IMG/VR virus record: IMGVR_UViG_3300045988_174937
Origin: a virus
Length of the DNA stretch: 64,000 bases
Reading direction: 5' to 3' (one strand)
The notes beneath the pieces are model-generated. The model was given only the letters and a program-made list of their open reading frames with translations, was not told the DNA's origin and did not search any database. The number at the start of each line of letters is the position of its first letter. Position 1 is the stretch's first letter. Positions 16,601 to 24,183 of the stretch are shown here, piece after piece. The position numbers and the translations under genes are program-made.

Positions 16601-17178
16601 AACGCCTGATTCGTTGGATAATCAATTGGCTCTACGCCGAAGAAATCGCCGCCTTGGTACAAGAGGCCGTCGATGACGAATTCGAAGCCACGTGGCCCGA
16701 AGCGTTTCGCCATCAGCCGGAACACAATTCGGTAATTCCCCAGGAAATCTGGGCCGCGGTAATACTCAACCTGCCAAACCACGCCGAAATCATCCACGGC
16801 CAGTGGATGGATAATACCAACCACATTCATATCTTGACACGAACGGTAAAACTCGCCAACACTACTTACATTCGCGAATTCCAACTCACGATGGACGCCT
16901 ACCGCCTACGTTTGGACCACGCCCATAGTCGTGACGAGATATTCTGCGGCCGATACGCCCACCTGCTCCAAGTACAGATACGGCTGCCGGGCAACTACAA
17001 TTCCCCCAAGGCTGATTACGTGTTGGAATTTTCGCTTATGCAGTACCACCTCGCTGGGCCTGGCGTGGAAGGAGCAGTTCCGTATTGGCGTTGTAACACA
17101 AAACCCGATATTATCCACGCCTTTACCAGCGAGACTTTGGCGGGTATCGAGCGAGGACTAAAACATTTCGAGAAATGA
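16597..17178 (+). CDS. Hypothetical protein
   Basis: 193-aa ORF with an ATGA overlap. Confidence 0.65.
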   Translation: MKRLIRWIINWLYAEEIAALVQEAVDDEFEATWPEAFRHQPEHNSVIPQEIWAAVILNLPNHAEIIHGQWMDNTNHIHILTRTVKLANTTYIREFQLTMDAYRLRLDHAHSRDEIFCGRYAHLLQVQIRLPGNYNSPKADYVLEFSLMQYHLAGPGVEGAVPYWRCNTKPDIIHAFTSETLAGIERGLKHFEK

Positions 17179-17540
17179 GCGAATTCTTTCATACCGGGCG
17201 TTTCTTCCAGCAAGACGCCGAGCGTACCCGCACTGAACAGCTGGAACGCCAAAAGCAAGAACAACGTTATCTGGGTTCAGCCACGCGGCTCCCCGGTATG
17301 CGGTTGTACGAGTTCAATTATAAGACCGGAGAATGTCGGGAGATTGGTACCGAGACCACACTGGAAATAGACGTCACCACAGGGAAACCCGTTACGCGTC
17401 GCGCCGTTAAGGTCCAATACAACCCCGATTGTGTTTATTTACAGGCCCTCAACAACCGTAACGCCATGCGTAAGTTGGTAAAGGCCGGGTACATCAAAAT
17501 GGTGAAACAAGATGGTAAAGGTCCGCACGTCGAAGATTGA
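17175..17540 (+). CDS. Hypothetical protein
   Basis: 121-aa ORF with an ATGA overlap. Confidence 0.65.
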   Translation: MSEFFHTGRFFQQDAERTRTEQLERQKQEQRYLGSATRLPGMRLYEFNYKTGECREIGTETTLEIDVTTGKPVTRRAVKVQYNPDCVYLQALNNRNAMRKLVKAGYIKMVKQDGKGPHVED

Positions 17541-17973
17541 CGAAAAACAACCCGCCGCTCCGGCAAAACGTACTTTGAAGCGGCGTTACAATCCCCAGCG
17601 TAACGCTGATGACGGCGTCGACTACGACGAAGACAATGTCGACGAGGGTTCCGTCATGGGGATGGAAGAATTTCTAACCGAGTTAATAGGTAAATCAAAG
17701 AACAAACGCTTAAACGCCGTTTTCATCGAACTTGGCGATACGTTAATTCCGTATTACATCGTCCAAACCATCGAGAAAGTAACGATGTTTGACGAAGACG
17801 AAGAACGTATGATGTACGGAATCGCCATCAACAAGGACATCGGCGTTGGCGTTGAAGGAGGGAAGAGTGTAGCTGAGTGGTGGTACGACGCCGATATTCG
17901 TGACCGTGCTTACTTGTCACTTCGTCAGCAGTTGGCTGATGCTGGATTGACAATTATAAGACCGCAGGAATAA
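17512..17973 (+). CDS. Hypothetical protein
   Basis: 153-aa ORF overlapping the previous gene by 29 nt. Basic N-terminus and acidic middle. Confidence 0.6.
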   Translation: MVKVRTSKIDEKQPAAPAKRTLKRRYNPQRNADDGVDYDEDNVDEGSVMGMEEFLTELIGKSKNKRLNAVFIELGDTLIPYYIVQTIEKVTMFDEDEERMMYGIAINKDIGVGVEGGKSVAEWWYDADIRDRAYLSLRQQLADAGLTIIRPQE

Positions 17974-18018
17974 AGGTTTAACAACCTCATATTTATCAAC
18001 AATCAAAATTATCGTACA

Positions 18019-18306
18019 ATGAAAGTGCAAGATTTTTACAGTGCGTTGGCCGCCAAGGCTGACACCACCAAGGCCCAGGCGATTGCTTTCGTCCGTGCTC
18101 TGGAAGAGATTCTCACCGAGGAGGTTCGCGACAAGGGCGAAACCGTCGCCATCGGTAAGGTAGGAAAGTTCGTCCAAAAGGACCAGCCGTCACGTATGGC
18201 GCGTAATCCGCAGACGGGCGTTACGGCCCCCACCGAGCCCTACAAGACCATCCAGTTCCGCCCGGCGTACAGTTTCCGCGCCTACGGCAAAAAGGCTAAG
18301 AAATAG
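18019..18306 (+). CDS. HU/IHF-family histone-like DNA-binding protein
   Basis: 95 aa. The ...GKFVQKDQPSRMARNPQTGV...I.F arm motif (RNPQTG) and length are typical of bacterial HU. Confidence 0.85.
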   Translation: MKVQDFYSALAAKADTTKAQAIAFVRALEEILTEEVRDKGETVAIGKVGKFVQKDQPSRMARNPQTGVTAPTEPYKTIQFRPAYSFRAYGKKAKK

Positions 18307-18340
18307 CCCGTAACTGGTAACGCAGTTCGCTTTCGCACGT

Positions 18341-18375
18341 CCGCCAGGGAGGTGGTTTGCCCTGGCGGATTTTTA
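18341..18375 (+). terminator. Rho-independent terminator
   Basis: CCGCCAGGG (18341-18349) pairs with CCCTGGCGG (18360-18368), followed by ATTTTTAG. Confidence 0.75.
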
Positions 18376-18667
18376 GTTACTTTCGCTACAACGTTATAGT
18401 ATCTGAAATGAGGGAACGCCGCTTTACGCCAAGCAACGAAGAGTTAGGTTTTCAGCGAGTGTAGTTTCTTTTCCGACCGCGGTGTTTCCTCTACCATACC
18501 CCAGGCTGGTGGGGTCGGAGTCAGGCCTCCAAACGGTATAAGCCCTGTCGCCAGCAAACAAATTGTCTCCAAGGCAGCAACGCAGACTTCCTCCATAGCG
18601 AGCGCCGGAGCGGAGGAGACAGACTCTACAAGGGGAAGAGTATAAGCGATACGTCGCGCCCCTTGAT
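18376..18667 (+). ncRNA. Candidate structured non-coding RNA upstream of the tRNA (unclassified)
   Basis: About 290 nt with no + strand ORF. GC-rich with repeated GGAG/CTCC blocks and long-range complements, e.g. 18472-18478/18513-18519 and 18564-18570/18615-18621. It abuts the tRNA 5' end. Confidence 0.3.
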
Positions 18668-18738
18668 TGGCCTGTGGTGTAATGGTAACACACCAGATTT
18701 TGGATCTGGCGTTGGAGGTTCGAATCCTTCCGGGCCGA
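18668..18738 (+). tRNA. tRNA-Gln (anticodon UUG)
   Basis: Manual cloverleaf of 71 nt. Acceptor TGGCCTG/CGGGCCG, U8, D stem GTGT/ACAC, anticodon stem CCAGA/TCTGG with loop TTTTGGA. T arm GGAGG-TTCGAAT-CCTTC, discriminator A, CCA not encoded. Confidence 0.85.
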
Positions 18739-18958
18739 CTAAACCCCCAATTAAAACCGCGTGTGGCAGACGTGGCCCGAAAGTCCATGGGTGAGGGGGT
18801 TTTTAAGAAATTTCGTTCGTTAACGTTGTGGCAGTTCGCCCGTGCCGGCAAAGGGAACACCAATAGGAACGGCAACCGACGAGCGCGGGGCGTGAAATAT
18901 CGCCCCGACCTTAAAGTCTTAACAGACTTCCATCAATCAAAGGTTTAATTCACCCCCG

Positions 18959-18996
18959 ACCGCCCCACAGTAGTGATACAGCGAGGCGGTTTTTTA
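18959..18996 (+). terminator. Possible terminator (short stem, long loop)
   Basis: ACCGCC (18959-18964) pairs with GGCGGT (18985-18990), followed by TTTTTT. Confidence 0.4.
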
Positions 18997-19032
18997 ATTT
19001 TACAGCGTTACTTACGAAAAACTTAAAATGAT

Positions 19033-19701
19033 ATGAAACGTTCACCGTACCTTGTAATGGACACTGAAACCGGGGGCCTGGACCCCGCACAGAACCCCAT
19101 AACGTCGTTTGCAGCCGTTGTTTTAGACTTTAACACCCTGAAAGAGGTAGACCGCTGGGAAACCTACGTAAAGCCGTACAATGGTCTCCAAATAACGAAA
19201 GAATCCATTTCTAAGACCATGGTCAATATGGCTGAGGTGAATCGAGGTATGGAGTTGGATGCGTTTATCGAAGCACTGGGGCGGTTCTGTACTCAAAATT
19301 TCTCCGACGCCAAGGGCAAAGAGCAGCGCCGCCTGATAGGTGTGGGTCACAACGTGATGTTCGACGTGGCGATGTTATCGGCGGCGTTTGAATATTCATC
19401 CTATGGACGGAAATACGACCTATTCACCTACATCCAAGAACAGACGCTGGACACGATGTACTTTTCCAAAATGATGTACGGCTTGACGGGCGACGAGAAA
19501 ATGACTCTTGGCGCCACGTGTGAACGCGCGGGGATTATACTTACCGACGCCCATGGCGCGATGAACGACGTGGAAGCCACGGCCGAGTATTTCCGCTATT
19601 GCGTGCGGCGGTTGCGTGCTACGGGTGATATATCATCCGCCACCGAGAAAAAGTCTCGCCGTCGCGGTAACGAGTTCTTCGAGTTCAAGTGCGCCAAGTA
19701 G
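19033..19701 (+). CDS. DnaQ-like DEDDh 3'-5' exonuclease
   Basis: ExoI LVMDTETGGLDP, ExoII GHNVMFDVAML, ExoIII AHGAMNDVEATAE. Confidence 0.75.
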   Translation: MKRSPYLVMDTETGGLDPAQNPITSFAAVVLDFNTLKEVDRWETYVKPYNGLQITKESISKTMVNMAEVNRGMELDAFIEALGRFCTQNFSDAKGKEQRRLIGVGHNVMFDVAMLSAAFEYSSYGRKYDLFTYIQEQTLDTMYFSKMMYGLTGDEKMTLGATCERAGIILTDAHGAMNDVEATAEYFRYCVRRLRATGDISSATEKKSRRRGNEFFEFKCAK

Positions 19702-19748
19702 AAACAGCCAACGTTATACAGTGTGTCTAACAACAAAACTGTACAACG

Positions 19749-20132
19749 ATGAAACAAGAACTTTTCGAAAAAGGCGTCAAGGCGGCCATTGCCGACATCT
19801 TAGAACGTTCGCTTAACAAATGGGTTAGTGTGATGGAACCTGGCGCGTCGTTTGGTGCTATCCTCACTAAGAACGGCATCAGCCCCAAGGTATCGCCGGC
19901 GCTGTTCAAAGTACTTTCCAGCGTGGGTATTATCCAACGCGAAGGCGTGAAGTCAACGATCAGATATCGTTACGTCCCCACCTCCGTCACTATCCCTGAT
20001 CTCGATAAATTGGCGGCGCAGGTTTGGTTGGAGAATCAAGACTACAGCCGCGCGAAACGTGCTACTTCAAGGCAAAAACATGTAACCCCCCCCGTGCGAC
20101 GTCAACCAGAACGGAAAGGCAATTCGCGTTAA
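19749..20132 (+). CDS. Hypothetical protein (probably the N-terminal part of a gene split at a C8 tract)
   Basis: 127-aa ORF. The C8 run at 20086-20093 precedes a short tail of atypical codons. The +1 frame downstream is open and protein-like. Confidence 0.55.
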   Translation: MKQELFEKGVKAAIADILERSLNKWVSVMEPGASFGAILTKNGISPKVSPALFKVLSSVGIIQREGVKSTIRYRYVPTSVTIPDLDKLAAQVWLENQDYSRAKRATSRQKHVTPPVRRQPERKGNSR

Positions 20133-20208
20133 GGGCAACATTCTCCCTCAAATTGGCGATTCGCGTTACATTATCACGGGCGCAGAAGGGCCTATCGAAA
20201 TCATCGAG

Positions 20209-20439
20209 GTGAAGATCGTCACCATTTATCGCGATCCTCACGACGGAAAATACAATTTCGACGTTGTGTATCGTCTGCCTGACACCGAGGGACTGATTAC
20301 GATGGAACGGGTGTTGTTACAAGAACTCCACCTCAAACCGGAAGACATTTTCGCCCATCTCCAGCGCACGATGGTACGTTTCCGCGGTGAGTTGTTTCCA
20401 ACTATAAAACGAGAAACCGTAAAACAAAATGGCAGATAA
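20209..20439 (+). CDS. Hypothetical protein (probably the C-terminal part of the split gene; frame open from 20086)
   Basis: GTG at 20209 is the first start codon. The same frame reads a protein-like sequence (KGNILPQIGDSRYIITGAEGPIEIIE) without any start from 20086. Confidence 0.5.
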   Translation: MKIVTIYRDPHDGKYNFDVVYRLPDTEGLITMERVLLQELHLKPEDIFAHLQRTMVRFRGELFPTIKRETVKQNGR

Positions 20440-20905
20440 CGCACGTGTCGCTCAAACGCCCGAAGAGGTAGAAGCGACAAAACAGTACACCGAAAAGGAC
20501 GAAAACCGCCAACTGGCCTTTTCCAAAGCACTCGAATTGCTTCGTATTTTGTGTAAAGACGCTTTGGAACGGGAAATGATAGCCCAGCGCACTTTCACCC
20601 GTACAGAGGTTGTAAAGAAAACGACGCTGTCGCACCGTAAAGCGTTGGACCTGTTGGAGACGCTTCAGACGTTCGGTTACGTCGATATAATGGACGCCAA
20701 CAAGACAAAATTCTGCTTCACTTTTAACGCCGACGACCGTGCAGCGGTCCATAAGGCCAAGATTATACAGCTGACTACGTTGCTCGGGGCAGCTATCGAG
20801 AGTTACAACTCCGTGCTCTTGAAAGAATACCCCGAAGAGGTGTACCAGCGCGAGACCCTGGAAATGGAACGTTACCTCGCCCAGGCGTTGAATTTGAAGA
20901 GATGA
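20429..20905 (+). CDS. Winged-helix-like protein; candidate small terminase by position only
   Basis: TRTEVVKKTTLSHRKALDLLETLQTFGYV is a wHTH-like segment. The gene lies immediately upstream of the large terminase. Confidence 0.35.
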   Translation: MADNARVAQTPEEVEATKQYTEKDENRQLAFSKALELLRILCKDALEREMIAQRTFTRTEVVKKTTLSHRKALDLLETLQTFGYVDIMDANKTKFCFTFNADDRAAVHKAKIIQLTTLLGAAIESYNSVLLKEYPEEVYQRETLEMERYLAQALNLKR

Positions 20906-20924
20906 GTTTTGTTGTGGACCCGGT

Positions 20925-20959
20925 AACACCCAGAGGGAATCGAGACCCCTTTGGGTGTT
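20925..20959 (+). promoter_or_regulatory. Strong RNA/DNA hairpin 9 nt upstream of the terminase start
   Basis: AACACCCAGAGGG / CCCTTTGGGTGTT forms a 13-bp stem (one G-U pair). There is no U-tract after it. Confidence 0.4.
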
Positions 20960-20967
20960 GCTATTAA

Positions 20968-22659
20968 ATGGCTATTATGATACAACCAGCCCTCCCCCAT
21001 CCTTCATTCGTTGAGCCATCGTATAACCATCGTTTGGCTTGCTTGGAACTTGTAGATGAAATAATACAAGCCATGGATGAACGCGGTCTCAACGAAATGA
21101 TGAATGGCGATGTTCGTGATGTAGATGCCGTTTTCGACGCACTTATGCAGGATACCTACCGCGTTCTATACACAGGCGATATGTCTATTGATTTTCGTCC
21201 CAGATATGAAGAGAATCTATCAGCGGTCGTTGAAGATACCCTACGATGCGCCAATTTGACGTATTTCATCACTTCGGTCATCCCCGATTTTCAACTATCG
21301 TGGCACCACCTGGAGTGGGGAGAGTTAGTACAGCAACACAAGAAATTGTGTATCAATGCTGCTCGTGACCACGGAAAGTCGTTCTATTTCTCCAACGCCT
21401 ACGCCGCGTGGCAGTTATATCGCTATACACGCCCGCGCACAAGGAGTTATTCAAAGCGACCCACGGCGGCTTCGTCTAACCGCGGTTTCTTGTTTTCGTT
21501 CTCTTTACAACAGGGAATCGACCTCATGGAGATTTTGAAGGGGACTATCGAGGAGAATGACATTCTGAAGGAGCGGCTGTTCCCTCAGTCTACGGCCAAC
21601 AGTTGGTCTGCTACCAACATCGTATGTCGTAATGGAGCGCGGTTGACGGTAAAGGGTTTTGGCTCTTCGGTGCGTGGTGCTCACCCGTACTGGATTATCG
21701 TCGATGACGGCTTGAAGGACAACGTCATCTACTCCAGTCTTCAGCGAAATAAGTCCACCGACTATTTCCACTCCGTGATTATGAACATGCTCGTACCCGG
21801 CGGCCAGATTATCGTCGTCGGTACGCCGTTCCACGCCGAGGACCTTTACGGCGACCTCAAGACCAAGAACGGTTGGTTCGTTATCGAGTATCCGGCCATC
21901 TTCCCCGACGGGCGAATCCTTTGGCCCCAGCGCTGGTCGTTCAAGGACCTGATGGATAAAAAGGAGACTCAGGGTTCAATCATCTTCTCGCGTGAGAACC
22001 TTTGCCGCCCGATTACCAACGAGTCGTCAATATTCCCGATGGAAATCCTCACGCGTTCGCTACTGCGGATGGAAAATTACACGTTGGTGGATTCACGCGA
22101 AGAATTCCCTGTTAAGTTCTCCAAGGTGGTGGTCGGGTGTGACTTCGCTATTTCAGCCAACGTCGGCGCCGACTACGCCGTATTCAGCGTGTGGGGTATC
22201 GACGAGTTGACCGACGAACGCTGGTTGTTACACCTCTACCGCGAAAAAGGTGTAAAGTTCTTCGAACAGATGAACGTCCTGCGCCGTATCAACTCCCACT
22301 TCCGGCCTGACCTTATCGTGATGGAGAATAACACATTCCAACAGATATTCGTTGAGACGGCCGACACCGAGGGGATGCCCGTTATCGGTCACACTACGGG
22401 AATTGATAAGTACGACTTGAAAACCGGGTGGCCACACCTCTCAACGCTATTCGAACGTGGCAAAATCCACATTCCAGTGGGCAACGTCTACTCTCAGCAG
22501 GTCAAGGACCTCATATTCCAAGACCTCGGTTCCGTTGCCTTTACCGAAAAGGGGCTGGAGAGCGTCGGCAGTCACGATGATATTTCGTCGTCGTTCTGGT
22601 TGGCCGACTTGGCGGCGTCGCGTATGACCACTGGATTTAAGTTCGATTTGTTAGGATAA
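20968..22659 (+). CDS. terL: Terminase large subunit
   Basis: ATPase motifs DHGKSFYFS, YWIIVDDG and VVGTPFHAEDLY. C-terminal RNase-H-like nuclease acidic residues (VVGCDFA, IVMENN, SHDDISSS). Confidence 0.9.
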   Translation: MAIMIQPALPHPSFVEPSYNHRLACLELVDEIIQAMDERGLNEMMNGDVRDVDAVFDALMQDTYRVLYTGDMSIDFRPRYEENLSAVVEDTLRCANLTYFITSVIPDFQLSWHHLEWGELVQQHKKLCINAARDHGKSFYFSNAYAAWQLYRYTRPRTRSYSKRPTAASSNRGFLFSFSLQQGIDLMEILKGTIEENDILKERLFPQSTANSWSATNIVCRNGARLTVKGFGSSVRGAHPYWIIVDDGLKDNVIYSSLQRNKSTDYFHSVIMNMLVPGGQIIVVGTPFHAEDLYGDLKTKNGWFVIEYPAIFPDGRILWPQRWSFKDLMDKKETQGSIIFSRENLCRPITNESSIFPMEILTRSLLRMENYTLVDSREEFPVKFSKVVVGCDFAISANVGADYAVFSVWGIDELTDERWLLHLYREKGVKFFEQMNVLRRINSHFRPDLIVMENNTFQQIFVETADTEGMPVIGHTTGIDKYDLKTGWPHLSTLFERGKIHIPVGNVYSQQVKDLIFQDLGSVAFTEKGLESVGSHDDISSSFWLADLAASRMTTGFKFDLLG

Positions 22660-22693
22660 CAAGGTTATTTTCGATGAATAAAACATAGAATGT

Positions 22694-23218
22694 ATGGTTG
22701 TTAAATTTAAGAAAGTGCACCCCGAAGCCGTACTGCCGGCGTATGCTCACCCTGACGGTGAGGATAACGGACTGGACCTCGTGGCTGTGGCCGTAAAGGA
22801 AACCGAAGATTACATCGAATACGATACCGGCATCGCCGCTGAAATCCCCAAGGGGTACTGCGGCCTGCTGGTCCCGAATTCGCGTTGTTCGAAAATGGAC
22901 CTGGTGATGTGTAACGCGCCGGGCGTTATCGACCCAGGCTATCGCGGTACGATGCGCGCTCGTTACAAGAAGACGTGGCACTTACCGACGTTAGTCCACA
23001 GGTTCTTCAAGAGCGTCTGCGGATTGCTTTCCAACGTCTTCGGCGAGGTCGCCGGAATGAAGCCTCAAAACGTGAATATGAATACCAAGGAATTCAAGGT
23101 GGGTGACGTTGTGGCCCAGCTGGTCATCGTCCCCGCGCCGTATATCGAAGTGGAGGAAGCCGACACGCTGACGCCCTCGCTGCGTGACGCCGGAGGATTC
23201 GGTTCAACGATTAAATAG
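22694..23218 (+). CDS. dut: Trimeric dUTPase with a ~35-aa insertion
   Basis: Motifs NGLDL, GVIDPGYRG, GDVVAQLVI and C-terminal RDAGGFGST. Extra segment at about 22973-23086 between motifs III and IV. Confidence 0.85.
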   Translation: MVVKFKKVHPEAVLPAYAHPDGEDNGLDLVAVAVKETEDYIEYDTGIAAEIPKGYCGLLVPNSRCSKMDLVMCNAPGVIDPGYRGTMRARYKKTWHLPTLVHRFFKSVCGLLSNVFGEVAGMKPQNVNMNTKEFKVGDVVAQLVIVPAPYIEVEEADTLTPSLRDAGGFGSTIK

Positions 23219-23220
23219 CC

Positions 23221-23817
23221 ATGAAAACGATTCTCTTACACAATCCCGCCAAACAGGACAACGTCGAAGCGATGGCCGACGCGCTGGTAGAGTCGATGCG
23301 TTACGCCAATAGCGCGGTTGATTATCCCGATGTTTCCAAGGCCAAGCCTGATGACGGCGTTCCGGCCGAGTGGTTCTACAAGGCATACGTCGGTACGGCC
23401 CCCACGTCGGAACTCACGGCCATTCTCCAGTACACGCAGCAGCGGATGATCTTTGACCAGATTGGCGAAACGTTCCTCGGTATCGCCCTCACTGAGATGA
23501 AGCACTACGACCGATTAGGCGACTTCATTAACCGTATCGGAGGTAACGTATCGCGACCTGCGTTTTCGGCAGCCAAAGTGGACATTACGACCAAAAGCGC
23601 GGCCGAAGCCGTCCAGATCAACATCCGCGCCGAGCAGGACACCATCGCCGAGTACGAAAAACTCATTCAGCGTATTCAGGCCAACAACCCTACACCAACT
23701 GTGACCTCGGCGTTGGCCATCCAACTTATCAACAAGATTGTCGCCGACGAGCACGTACACGTCCGTCTGTTGGCGGAGTTGGCGCAATCCCTCGGCGAGG
23801 AAGACACTACGTTATGA
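23221..23817 (+). CDS. Ferritin-like (Mn-catalase/CotJC/rubrerythrin-type) four-helix-bundle protein
   Basis: SELTAILQYTQQ ... LTEMKHYDRL ... AEQDTIAEYEKL ... ADEHVHVRLL: paired E / ExxH-like metal-ligand helices. Confidence 0.5.
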   Translation: MKTILLHNPAKQDNVEAMADALVESMRYANSAVDYPDVSKAKPDDGVPAEWFYKAYVGTAPTSELTAILQYTQQRMIFDQIGETFLGIALTEMKHYDRLGDFINRIGGNVSRPAFSAAKVDITTKSAAEAVQINIRAEQDTIAEYEKLIQRIQANNPTPTVTSALAIQLINKIVADEHVHVRLLAELAQSLGEEDTTL

Positions 23818-24104
23818 AAGCCGACCTCCGGAAATATACCTCGCTGTTGTTAGCCGCTGTAAAGCGCATCGAAGCCGAACGCCCAGGAGTCATAGCCTGG
23901 GCGTCTCGTCAAGAACGGTGGTGGGAGTTGTGCGTCAGCGATTACGACCTTTACCGCAGTGAGGAATTTGCGCGCATAAAGAAAACCTATCGCCAGGCGT
24001 TGGCTGTTGCGGGCGGTGGTGAGTTGATATTCTGCTACGCTAAACCTGACGCCGAGCGGCTATACGAATTGGAGTTGAAAGGTAATTTGGTGATGGATTG
24101 TTAA
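23814..24104 (+). CDS. Hypothetical protein
   Basis: 96-aa ORF with an ATGA overlap. Confidence 0.6.
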   Translation: MKADLRKYTSLLLAAVKRIEAERPGVIAWASRQERWWELCVSDYDLYRSEEFARIKKTYRQALAVAGGGELIFCYAKPDAERLYELELKGNLVMDC

Positions 24105-24107
24105 ATT

Positions 24108-24183
24108 TTCGCCAAAATATTTTGTAGATTGTAAAATTCGTATTACCTTTGCTCTTGGAAAAGAATCGTAAAACAAAATCGTT
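24108..24183 (+). promoter_or_regulatory. Promoter cassette copy 3
   Basis: TTTG at 24121-24124 lies 19 nt upstream of TACCTTTG at 24144-24151. Palindrome at 24113-24124. Leader GCTCTTGGAAAAGAA at 24151-24165. Confidence 0.7.

Noticed and set aside
18668-18738. Idea that the phage tRNA is a suppressor supporting stop-codon recoding (as in some Bacteroidota-infecting phages)
   Set aside because: The anticodon reads UUG (a normal Gln CAA/CAG reader). All three stop codons terminate well-defined genes in the window, and no in-frame stops interrupt the conserved genes.
18424-18875. Minus-strand ORFs 18424-18693 and 18444-18875
   Set aside because: They run straight through the tRNA-Gln gene and the structured flanks. 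They encode Arg/Ser/Pro/Cys-rich peptides that do not look like real protein sequence.
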